From contig JBHLJY010000001.1 of NCBI GenBank assembly GCA_048887225.1, positions 288,001-352,000 on the forward strand: 64,000 nucleotides of DNA, written 5' to 3'. Positions 50,079 through 59,319 of the stretch are shown piece after piece. Positions within the stretch are counted from its first letter, which is position 1, and each line of letters starts with the position of its first letter. A program made the translations under genes and the position numbers. Below the pieces are notes generated by a model, which ran no database searches, was not told where the DNA came from, and saw nothing but the letters and a program-made list of their open reading frames with translations. The stretch comes from Candidatus Hodarchaeota archaeon (GTDB lineage: Archaea; Asgardarchaeota; Lokiarchaeia; Sigyniarchaeales; SOKP01).

Positions 50079-50999
50079 ATGACTGCTAAAATTGATAACA
50101 CATACTGTGAGGCATTTGAGGGCTTGTGTGTCCAATTAATGGTAACAGCTCAAGATGCTGAATTCTTAAATAGAGCCGCGAACGCATTTACGGCTTTACC
50201 TTCGACTGTGTTTGGAGATGCTGAAGGTGGTATAGTTCGGTGGTTAACTGAAAAAGAAACGGTTGATGGCCGATTAGGCGCAATAGTACAATTATGGATT
50301 ACTGGAACTGGAAAGAAAGCTACGGAAAAGCTCTATAATCGGCTTGGTAGAAGAATGCGTCAAGGTATCCTTGTCATACCAACCACGGCCGTATTTGACT
50401 ATTATCCAGAAGATACAGAACTCAAATTCAATATGATGGATAATGTGGGACATTGTGGGGATGGATATGAATGGATTGTTGAAAAATATAACAGAAAACT
50501 CATAAATGTCCCAATAATGATGGGTTTTGATTTCATAATAGAAGAGGAATTATCATATGCTAAGGGTGTTATGGGAGGAAATTTGTGGTTGTTCTGTGAT
50601 TCAGTTAATTCAGGAATTAAAGTTGGCAGAGAGGCTGTAAAAATTATTTCTGAAATTGATAATGTGTGTACCACATTTGATGTTTGTTCTGCAGGTTCAA
50701 AACCAGAAACAAATTTTCCTGAAATAGGTCCATCTACTAATCATCTTTTTTGCCCTACTTTAAAAGATAAACTTTCCGAGAATGAATTTAAAGTTCCTAA
50801 TGGAATAGAATCGATTCCTGAGATTGTCTTTAATGCAATTAATATAGACACAGTAAAAGAGACTATGCAAGAGACAATAAAAGGGATAATTGAAATGGAT
50901 GGTTTAATTAAAATTTCTGCTGGCAATTACGGAGGCAAGCTAGGTAAATTTAAAATTCATTTGAAAGAATTAGGACTGAAAGAAAGTTATTTTTCATAA
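50079..50999 (+). CDS. ftr: Formylmethanofuran--tetrahydromethanopterin formyltransferase
   Basis: IDNTYCEAF, GDGYE, GVMGGN, SAGSK, STNHLFCPTL, ISAGNYGGKLG. Confidence 0.9.
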   Translation: MTAKIDNTYCEAFEGLCVQLMVTAQDAEFLNRAANAFTALPSTVFGDAEGGIVRWLTEKETVDGRLGAIVQLWITGTGKKATEKLYNRLGRRMRQGILVIPTTAVFDYYPEDTELKFNMMDNVGHCGDGYEWIVEKYNRKLINVPIMMGFDFIIEEELSYAKGVMGGNLWLFCDSVNSGIKVGREAVKIISEIDNVCTTFDVCSAGSKPETNFPEIGPSTNHLFCPTLKDKLSENEFKVPNGIESIPEIVFNAINIDTVKETMQETIKGIIEMDGLIKISAGNYGGKLGKFKIHLKELGLKESYFS

Positions 51000-51007
51000 T
51001 ATCTATA

Positions 51008-51688
51008 TTATTTATTTAGGGATAATGGTTCTTTTTTCATTGGTTTTATATGAAGATGATCTAAATTATTGTACCATTTCGGATATTTTTCTGTAAATAT
51101 TTGATCTATCTTCTTTAGGGGCACATCAGCATAATTACCCCAATCTCCTATATATTCAACAAACATATTCCCTTCTGTATCATATGGTGAAAATAAAGCA
51201 TCATTTTCTCCATCGAACTCTATCATTGGAAAAAATCCCCCTTTAATACAAGTTTCTTTATCAAAAACGGGTGTAGCTTTTATCCATTTCCCGTTCAAAT
51301 ATAATTCACTATACGCATGACAATGAAAGGCTTTTGTACCCATTAGATTAACAAACTTTTGTGATATTTTGTGATTAATAATGTCAACCATGTGAATACG
51401 AGCAGGAATCCCTACAGCTCGTGCCAAGGTTGATAATAAAGCAGCCTTAGACATACAAAAACCGTTTTTTCTTCGCAATGTTACTGAAGCTTTAAGATTT
51501 GCTTTAATTTTTGGATAGTAAGAGAATGCGTTATATTTTATTTTATCTCTTACCCAATAAAATAGCGCTATTGCCTTTTCTTTATCAGTCTCCAAACCAT
51601 TAGCAATTTCAATAGCCTTTTCTCGAACTCTTTTCTTATGAAAGTCTAGAAATTCAGTAGGCTGTAAATATTGTTCAAAACCATCCAT
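51008..51688 (-). CDS. Transglutaminase-like domain protein
   Basis: YLQPTEFLD, GFCMSKA, GIPAR, HAYSELYLNGKW; likely start MDGFEQ (ATG 51688). Confidence 0.85.
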   Translation of the reverse strand: MDGFEQYLQPTEFLDFHKKRVREKAIEIANGLETDKEKAIALFYWVRDKIKYNAFSYYPKIKANLKASVTLRRKNGFCMSKAALLSTLARAVGIPARIHMVDIINHKISQKFVNLMGTKAFHCHAYSELYLNGKWIKATPVFDKETCIKGGFFPMIEFDGENDALFSPYDTEGNMFVEYIGDWGNYADVPLKKIDQIFTEKYPKWYNNLDHLHIKPMKKEPLSLNK

Positions 51689-51789
51689 ACTTAGGCAAAA
51701 TATTGGTTTGTATAAAAATTTTATATTTATAAAATGAAATGAGAAGTTAATTATTTTTTGATAAGTTAAAAGCAGAAGTCGTATTTGTA

Positions 51790-52476
51790 TTAAGAAATTA
51801 TCACTCTTTCGATGAGAAAATAGAAAAATGCGGCGCTTCCTAAATATACCAACATTACTATAAATGCAGCAGGGATTTTTAACCAATGATTTTTTTCCTG
51901 AATAGTAAGATACGTATAATAAGTCATAAATCCAAGGATAATTTCTGGTATGATAATATATACAGCCATATGACCCATCATTGTAACGTTCTGAGCATAC
52001 CACGATCCAACCGTCCACATTGTCATCTCAGAAATTCCAAAAATTAGCAAAGACAATAAACCTACTGCAAAATAAGCTATATTTAGAGAATGTCGCTCCT
52101 GGACACGCTGTCCAACGAATAGAATTATGAACAATGGAATTGCCCACAATAACAACATATATCCAGACACAGTACCAATTTTAAAAAGTCCATCCTCTGG
52201 AAAAACTAATATTTCCAGCTGAGCAGACAAAAACCAGTCTGGAAATACTTGGAATAAACTGATAATAAACGCAAACAACCAGATTTTCACCAATTCAAGA
52301 TGTTTGCGCCATAGACCGACTATTGGAATAGCCAGATTGTAAATGATTACAAGTATAAACAATCTAATTCCAATTTTTAGATCAATTGGTATAAGCAATA
52401 TTACCGCACATATTATTACAAATATAATGTGTACAAAAAACACGTCTCGTTCTATTTCAGTTAATAATTCTTTTAT
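51790..52476 (-). CDS. Membrane protein (DUF6989-like); start GTG 52443 or ATA 52476
   Basis: FPDWFLSAQL...LVFP, multiple TM helices. Confidence 0.6.
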   Translation of the reverse strand: MKELLTEIERDVFFVHIIFVIICAVILLIPIDLKIGIRLFILVIIYNLAIPIVGLWRKHLELVKIWLFAFIISLFQVFPDWFLSAQLEILVFPEDGLFKIGTVSGYMLLLWAIPLFIILFVGQRVQERHSLNIAYFAVGLLSLLIFGISEMTMWTVGSWYAQNVTMMGHMAVYIIIPEIILGFMTYYTYLTIQEKNHWLKIPAAFIVMLVYLGSAAFFYFLIERVIIS

Positions 52477-52643
52477 AACACATTCATCTCTTTTGAATTA
52501 ACTTATTGTGATAAAGTTTTAATTATAATTTTAGTTTAAAACCATATAAAATTTTTAAAACTAAATTTTTATTTTTAATAGTATTTATATATCTCCATTA
52601 TTACTTTAAAATCGAGTTTTAAAATATATTAAATCAGTGATAT

Positions 52644-53978
52644 ATACTGGAAGCCTTAATACTTTGTCGATTTAATACGATATATGGCCCAAGAATAGTT
52701 TTGAAAGCTCCCAAATCTTTAAACGAGAAGAGAATAAGAGACATTCCATTATTAATGGATCTTCCCTCAAAAGGAGTTTTTCTTCACATCTTTGAGGGAA
52801 TAAAAACCGCGAACTTATTTTTTGACATTCCTAGTGAGTATGCAAGGGGTGGAATAGAAAATCTTCTAATTTCAATAATTACTGATATTGATAGTAACCT
52901 TAAATTAATGTTCGCACGTGAACTTCTTGAGGATTTTGTGAAAGATTTTAAAAATATAAAAGACGCTTATAAAGCATTCAATTTTGAAGCGAAAGAATAT
53001 AAAGGAGATCCTGATAAATTAAAAGAAATTGAAAGGTTATTTCTTTCTTTTTATAAATCTATTAAACCAGCAATTAAAACTTTAGAAATAGCTGAATATC
53101 GTTACCAAGCATTGTTTAAGACTGCTCGGGATGCAATTTTTATTATAGATCGCGATTTAGGAATTATTATTGATGTAAACATAGAAGCAGCAAAATTAAT
53201 TGAATGTTCTCGTGACGACATCATTGGAAATCAACCTTCTCGATTTAAAATTTTTGAACCGCAAATGTTAGAAACAATTTTTTCACAGGATCTAAATAGT
53301 GAAAATGCACCTCTTTTCTTTACAAAACTGAAAAACTCTAATGGTAAAAAAATATTTCTCGAAGCAAGTATGAATGAGATCCAATTTGGAGACCAGCATT
53401 TAATTCAATTCATTTTTCATAATATTACCGAAATGAAGATAGCTGAACAAAAAATTAGAAATCATGCTAAAAACATCGAATTTCTAAATAAGATCATAAC
53501 ACTTGCGAATCAAGCTGATGACGTAGCTCTACTTCTAGATAACATCCTAGAATCCATCATAGATTTTTTAAACTTTGATGGATGCTGCATTTATTTAATC
53601 GATAAGAATAAAAATATAGCTGAAATCGAAGCTCAAAAAGGATTTCCATCTAATTTTCTTAAAAAGAATAGTTTAGTAGAAATAAATAGAAGTCCATACG
53701 ATTTTATTTTTATCAAGGGAGTAGCAACTTTTAACGACAATTTTCCAGAAATTAATAATGAATTTTTTAAAGATACAAATTTTATTTCTACAGCAATAAT
53801 TCCATTATTTTCGAAATTTGAAATTATTGGTGCTATTGTTATGGGTTTAGAAAACCGGAGGCTATTTTCAACTGAAGAAAAAGATTTACTTATTTCAATA
53901 GGTTTAGAAATAGGCACAGCAATAAAAAAAATGAAATATGAAGAATATTTACGCCGAAGTGAAATAAATAGGAGATGA
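52644..53978 (+). CDS. Longin/uDENN-like N-terminal domain + PAS + GAF sensor protein
   Basis: N-terminal LILCRFNTIYGPRIV (upstream of TTG 52701); RYQALFKTARDAIFIID PAS; GAF with IIPL...IIGAI; no output domain. Confidence 0.7.
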   Translation: MLEALILCRFNTIYGPRIVLKAPKSLNEKRIRDIPLLMDLPSKGVFLHIFEGIKTANLFFDIPSEYARGGIENLLISIITDIDSNLKLMFARELLEDFVKDFKNIKDAYKAFNFEAKEYKGDPDKLKEIERLFLSFYKSIKPAIKTLEIAEYRYQALFKTARDAIFIIDRDLGIIIDVNIEAAKLIECSRDDIIGNQPSRFKIFEPQMLETIFSQDLNSENAPLFFTKLKNSNGKKIFLEASMNEIQFGDQHLIQFIFHNITEMKIAEQKIRNHAKNIEFLNKIITLANQADDVALLLDNILESIIDFLNFDGCCIYLIDKNKNIAEIEAQKGFPSNFLKKNSLVEINRSPYDFIFIKGVATFNDNFPEINNEFFKDTNFISTAIIPLFSKFEIIGAIVMGLENRRLFSTEEKDLLISIGLEIGTAIKKMKYEEYLRRSEINRR

Positions 53979-54074
53979 TAAAATTATTGTCTATACCTCA
54001 TCGAAAGCTGGCGGTTATTCAGCTATTTTAATATTATAAAAAAAAGATAATAACTTATAATAAAACTACCTAGT

Positions 54075-54719
54075 TTAGTCTTCTTCAAAGAAATATAATA
54101 TTTTATTAGATCTCTTTTCTTTGCATAGTATATTGATTTCTTCAAGAGATTCAAGATATTTTCTAATTGTATTACGATGGATCTTAAGGTCTCTGGAGAG
54201 TTGATTTTTTGTAATTCCAAAATCGTTAATTTTTAAATAATTAATAATTTTTTTGCATTTTTCTTTTGAAGTTAAGTATAGTTTTTTACTATCTTTTAAA
54301 TCTATATTTGAATCAAAATAAACTACATGATTATCAATAATCTTTTTTTTAAGAAAATTAAATTTAAGAAGAACGTTTAGGTGCCAAAATACAACAATAT
54401 TGCATATTTTTAAATCTTTTGCGATTTTATTAACATATTTTCCTGGATTTTCTTTAATATAATTATATATTTTTTTTCTTCTTGGATAAATTAACACATC
54501 TTTTTTTGTAAATTTAGTTCCTTCAACAATTATGTTCTTTTTTACTAAAGAGATTATGATCTTCTGAATTCCTTCAGTGCTAATGTTTATTGACGATTTA
54601 GCGAATTTAGCTTTGATATAAGGGAGTATTTTTCTCATATCAAATACTCTATTTTTATTTAAATACTCCTTAATCACATTAAATACAATGGACTCATGCT
54701 TTACTAAGATTTGCCTCAT
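54075..54719 (-). CDS. Tandem winged-helix transcriptional regulator
   Basis: RKKIYNYIKENPG...WHLNVL; ITKNQLSRDLKIHRNTIRKYL. Confidence 0.8.
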   Translation of the reverse strand: MRQILVKHESIVFNVIKEYLNKNRVFDMRKILPYIKAKFAKSSINISTEGIQKIIISLVKKNIIVEGTKFTKKDVLIYPRRKKIYNYIKENPGKYVNKIAKDLKICNIVVFWHLNVLLKFNFLKKKIIDNHVVYFDSNIDLKDSKKLYLTSKEKCKKIINYLKINDFGITKNQLSRDLKIHRNTIRKYLESLEEINILCKEKRSNKILYFFEED

Positions 54720-54978
54720 TAATTAACATCATACTTAAATATTTTCTTATATTTTAGCCATAAATTTATGAAGTAAGTAATGAATTGACAAATAAGTATT
54801 TAATATTTTTGTAATAGGCGATTTAGAAACAAAATCAAGAAATTATCTATTTAGTTCAAGATAAATAAAAAAAAAAAGGATTTTAATTTAAAATATTTCC
54901 TTGTTTACTTTTATTTGCGCTTTTGTATTATAATATGAATACCTACTATGCCGAAAAAAATATCTAAAATTATCTCTA

Positions 54979-55167
54979 TTAATGCCCATAAGAAATACAA
55001 TAGCGAATTACAAACTCAAAATTATAAGGTAATTAGTTTTTTCTTTCAAACAGGTCTGGAAAGATATAAAGGTACACTGGATCATCTTGGAATGCTCGAC
55101 CATACATCTTACTTGCTGGCTTAATTTGATGTTCAGTTAAGCGATAAATTTTATTTAATTCCCTTAT
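54979..55167 (-). pseudogene. GNAT acetyltransferase N-terminal remnant with internal stop
   Basis: IYRLTEHQIKPASKMYGRAFQDDPVYLYIFPDLFERKN*LPYNFEFVIRYCISYGH*, after a GGAG site. Confidence 0.6.
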
Positions 55168-55194
55168 ATTATTTTTGCTCCTAATTTTTATTTT

Positions 55195-57939
55195 CTAATT
55201 GGATTGTTGATTAGTATTCTCTGAATTTGATTCTTTTAATTTCAAAATTCCATCAATAATTTCCTGTCTTTCTTTAGGTGTAAAAGAGAGCATGTTTTTT
55301 ATAAATTCTACTTTATCCTTATCATCAAGGTTAAAATCTACTATTTTTTCCCAAAATTCGTTTGATACCACAGTAATATTTAAATCGTCAAATAAAGCAG
55401 GTTTTTCCAGAGCATTTTTCTCTTTTAAAACCCTAAGAAGATTTTTCTTTTCCACATAATCTTCTAAATTAGGCGATTTGACAACTTTTTCATCGAAAGG
55501 TTTGACAAGAGGTTTTTTCATAAGCAGTTCTTTTTTAGTTGGCTTAGCTCTTGTTTTATAATAGTATGTTGAAGCTGCTGTGATTATACTCAAAGAACAA
55601 ATAATTATTATGAAAATTACGATAATATTTATTTCATCTATACCATCATCATCTTTAGAAAGAGGAAATGTTTTTAATTCACCGTTAAGAGCAAAAAGCG
55701 ACGTATGATTTAACGAAATAACTATTATACCGTTGTTATTATCACTAAAGGGAATTTCTACCCATCCTCCTTGTCCACCATTGGCAGACTCATTAAACCA
55801 GAACGCATTTAATATTTTATACATACGGACATCATATTTAAGTGTAATATTAATCGGAGTGTCAAGTTTTTGATTTAAATTATCAGTATCGTTAAGCTGT
55901 AAGTTCATAAATATTAACCCTTTATCAAGAGGAACTTCTGAGATATCATCATCAAAAGCGGAGAAAATTACTTCGGTGTAATTATTAAGCGCGATTGATA
56001 TATTAACATCGATGTTGTCAACACTATAGGGTTCAATTTCAAATTCATTTATTCCAGGAGGCAATATTATTGTATAACAGGTATTATCTTTAATGATATT
56101 TTCTATACACCCATCATATTCATAAATAAAAATTATATTACCAACTAAGGTGTTTCCCGATATAGTGTTATTATTACTGAAATATAAATATATCCCATAA
56201 TTGTTGTTATTTACTGTGTTTCCCGATATAGTGTTATTATTACTGAAATATAAATATATCCCATAATTGTTGTTATTTACCGTGTTTCCCGATACAGTGT
56301 TATTATTACTCTCATCTACAGTTATCCCATCATTCAAATTGTTATTTGCGGTGTTTCCCGAAATTACGTTATAACTACTATACAATAAATATATACCACT
56401 ACCACTGTTGCTATTTGCGGTGTTTCCCGAGACTGTGTTATCATAACTATTCCATAATGATATCCCGAACAAATCATTGTTTTTTGCAGTGTTTCCCGAA
56501 ATAGTATTGTTATTACTCTGCTCTAAATGTATCCCATTTTCATTTAGTGAACAGTCATTATTAATTATTGTTCCATTATTAGTGTTGTAAAATTTGATTC
56601 CCGCATCCATAAAATCTGAACCTGAATGGTAAACTATACAATTTTCGATCCTAAAATACGCATTGGAATTTTCAATTATTATACCACTTCCCGAACCACC
56701 AGCATTAATCTCTAAACCATCTATGACATAAGGGTCAGCAGGAGTACCAGAACCAGAGCACCAAAATCGAGTGCTAGCCCATTCCCAATTATTCCCGGCA
56801 TTATCATCAATATGAATCCCATCATTCCAAATTGGATAATTATCGATTACACCATTTTTATTATACGGTGTATCTCCGATAAAATCATCGTCATCATCTA
56901 CACCGATATAATCATCCCAATAATTTCCAATAGAACCATTATCCCATGAGTTTCCCGAACCAGAAAAATATAAATAACCAGCATGGTATTTTAAGCTTCC
57001 TTTAAATGAATTTAAATAAATTGTATTGTTTGACGAGGGCCTTCCTGAAAGGATAATACCATATGAATTATCGACAAAAGTATTTTCTTTTGCAGTATTT
57101 CCACTTGAGGATGAAAGGATAATACCCATCAAATTTTCACCGAGATTATTATTTATTAAAATGTTTTCATCTGATCTCATTAAAACTATCCCGTGATACC
57201 CATTATCTTCTATAGTGTTTCCCAAAATTTTATTATAATTACTATCCTCTAAAATAATCCCATAATAATCGTTGTTGTTTGCGATATTTCCAGAGACGGT
57301 ATTATTATTACTTGTCGCTAAATATATCCCGTTAATATTGTTATTTGCGGTGTTTCCCGAGATAGTGTTATTATCGCTAAATCCTAATTTTATCCCCTCT
57401 ATGCCGTTGTTATTTACAGTGTTGTTTGAGACTGTGTTATTATTACTGTCAATTAAAAATATACCTTTATAATTTAGCGAACAGGTGTTATTAATTATTT
57501 CTCCATTATTAGTGTTGTTTAATTTAATTCCAGCATCGACATCTTCCGTTCCTGAATTGTAAACTGTGCAATTTTTAATCTTAAAGTATACATTTAAAGA
57601 ATTCTCAATTAGGATACCACTGCCCGAACCACCGGCATCTATTGTTATGTTTTCGATGATGTAAGGATTGCCCCAACTACCATCGCCAAGTCGACACCAC
57701 TCTTGACTAAGAGCCCATGCCCAGTTATTAGATGCACTATTGTCAATAAAAATTGGATCCATAGAATTATTAAACCAAGATTTTTTCGGACTTCTGAATC
57801 CGTTAATTTCATCAATTTCATCATGTTCTATATTTTTATCAACATTTATTAGATTACTGTTTAAACTACTGATGAAAAAACTCGATGAAACAAATAAAGC
57901 AATTGAAATTATTATAAATATTTCTGATTTTATTTTCAT
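55195..57939 (-). CDS. Membrane-anchored NosD/parallel beta-helix surface protein
   Basis: Signal-like N-terminus, two WCxGxGxxxDPY modules, many GIxLxxSNNNTISGN repeats, C-terminal TM and cytoplasmic tail. Confidence 0.88.
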   Translation of the reverse strand: MKIKSEIFIIISIALFVSSSFFISSLNSNLINVDKNIEHDEIDEINGFRSPKKSWFNNSMDPIFIDNSASNNWAWALSQEWCRLGDGSWGNPYIIENITIDAGGSGSGILIENSLNVYFKIKNCTVYNSGTEDVDAGIKLNNTNNGEIINNTCSLNYKGIFLIDSNNNTVSNNTVNNNGIEGIKLGFSDNNTISGNTANNNINGIYLATSNNNTVSGNIANNNDYYGIILEDSNYNKILGNTIEDNGYHGIVLMRSDENILINNNLGENLMGIILSSSSGNTAKENTFVDNSYGIILSGRPSSNNTIYLNSFKGSLKYHAGYLYFSGSGNSWDNGSIGNYWDDYIGVDDDDDFIGDTPYNKNGVIDNYPIWNDGIHIDDNAGNNWEWASTRFWCSGSGTPADPYVIDGLEINAGGSGSGIIIENSNAYFRIENCIVYHSGSDFMDAGIKFYNTNNGTIINNDCSLNENGIHLEQSNNNTISGNTAKNNDLFGISLWNSYDNTVSGNTANSNSGSGIYLLYSSYNVISGNTANNNLNDGITVDESNNNTVSGNTVNNNNYGIYLYFSNNNTISGNTVNNNNYGIYLYFSNNNTISGNTLVGNIIFIYEYDGCIENIIKDNTCYTIILPPGINEFEIEPYSVDNIDVNISIALNNYTEVIFSAFDDDISEVPLDKGLIFMNLQLNDTDNLNQKLDTPINITLKYDVRMYKILNAFWFNESANGGQGGWVEIPFSDNNNGIIVISLNHTSLFALNGELKTFPLSKDDDGIDEINIIVIFIIIICSLSIITAASTYYYKTRAKPTKKELLMKKPLVKPFDEKVVKSPNLEDYVEKKNLLRVLKEKNALEKPALFDDLNITVVSNEFWEKIVDFNLDDKDKVEFIKNMLSFTPKERQEIIDGILKLKESNSENTNQQSN
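56150..56310. repeat. 66-bp intragenic tandem repeat (2.4 copies)
   Basis: 56150-56215 and 56216-56281 are nearly identical; each encodes one 22-aa beta-helix coil. Confidence 0.85.
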
Positions 57940-58004
57940 AAATATTCGTTCTTTTTATGAATTGAGGTATTTAAATATCTCTATATTTAGAAAGATTATA
58001 TAGA

Positions 58005-58388
58005 CTATTTAAATGAATTTAGTCAATTTTTGTTCAATTAAATTTTCCAAATTTAATTTTAATTAAGTATATTAACCTATTTTAAAGACTGGAGTAAAAT
58101 TTAAATAAAAAATGATAAGCCCTACTAAATTTTAGTAAAATTCTTTAATAAAAAATGAAAATTCTGTAAAAAAAAAAGCAGACCAAATAATCATCCTATA
58201 ATATCTCAAATGATTCGATAGAAAACCAAAAAAGGGAAGCAACAGATTTTATCGAACTATAAATAGCCACACTAACAAAAATGTAAAATTCCAGATTTCC
58301 CAAAAATATAAAATAAGTTAAGATATTTAATTAAAATTAAATTTGGAAAATTTAATTGAACAAAAATTGACTAAATTCATTTAAATAG
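58005..58388. repeat. Long inverted repeat (62 bp perfect, 72 bp with 2 mismatches) bracketing ~240 bp
   Basis: 58005-58066 is the exact reverse complement of 58327-58388. Confidence 0.9.
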
Positions 58389-58479
58389 GAGTTTTAAAAT
58401 GTTTCAATTATTGATGATCATTAGTTTTGAAATACAAACATTTGATCATCAAAAAAATTTAAAAAAAAATTGAAAAACG

Positions 58480-59319
58480 ATGAGAACAAAACTAATTTTT
58501 ATTACTTTTTTACTTTTTGCAACAATTATTATCGGTTTGACAACGAATACAGTTGCCGACGATGATTATTACGAAGTTGGTTTCAAGGAAAAAGATGAAT
58601 TCATATGGATTTGTAATACGTTAAATGAAGACGATATGGAAGATATTTGGGGAGATGATTGGAACGAGATTACCTTATTCGAAAATATGAAAGTAGGAAC
58701 AAGAATGAAATGGGAGATAACAGAGATAAACGAAGATATAAGAACATATTCCAATGAAACTGGTCAATATATGGACGCTTTAAGTGTCAAGTATGATATG
58801 TGGACATGGACGTCTGATGATGATTTTGGAGATGCTGACGAGGAGGGTTTAGAATTTTGGTGGTATACAGATCCAGAGGATTATGAAAAAATTTTAAGAT
58901 ATGCGGAAGGTTTATACTTTGATGTTGTCGTGGTGCCCTGGGTTCCAAATACTGTCACCGAATACTTAGGGGATTTGGAATTGTATAAGTGGTGGGGTGC
59001 TAACGAAGATACATTAACTTATGAAATTTTTGGGCAGGATCGAAAAAATTGGTATAATTCTGAGATTCATAAAAAAAAAATTGTAATGGAAACGATATAC
59101 AACGAGCAAGGTATTATCTCTTCATTTAAAATTATGAACGAAGATGATGAGGTAGTGTGTGAATTTTCTATTGAAAGCGAAACTGCTTTCCTAATACCGC
59201 TCATAATTATAATCGTTGTTATTATTGCAGCACTCGCCGTTGTTTACATCGTGATGAGAAAAAAAGGGATAAAACTCATAAAAAGAAGAAAAATTGAGGA
59301 GGTACATGAAAATGAATAG
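58480..59319 (+). CDS. Secreted, C-terminally anchored acidic protein
   Basis: Signal peptide, YEVGFKEKDEFIW, C-terminal TM followed by RKK. Confidence 0.75.
   Translation: MRTKLIFITFLLFATIIIGLTTNTVADDDYYEVGFKEKDEFIWICNTLNEDDMEDIWGDDWNEITLFENMKVGTRMKWEITEINEDIRTYSNETGQYMDALSVKYDMWTWTSDDDFGDADEEGLEFWWYTDPEDYEKILRYAEGLYFDVVVVPWVPNTVTEYLGDLELYKWWGANEDTLTYEIFGQDRKNWYNSEIHKKKIVMETIYNEQGIISSFKIMNEDDEVVCEFSIESETAFLIPLIIIIVVIIAALAVVYIVMRKKGIKLIKRRKIEEVHENE

Noticed and set aside
51689-52018. N-terminal 110 aa of the 336-aa ORF 51008-52018
   Set aside because: Overlaps the upstream membrane gene in another frame; the transglutaminase-like sequence begins at MDGFEQ (51688).
56150-56520. Regularly spaced GTGTTTCCCGA motifs as a CRISPR array
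   Set aside because: They are the coding repeat (SGNT) of beta-helix coils inside an ORF; no cas genes are seen.
58414-58446. AUGA...AAA...GA as a second SECIS
   Set aside because: It pairs as a plain Watson-Crick hairpin, the helix above a GA core does not form, and no UGA-containing gene is adjacent.
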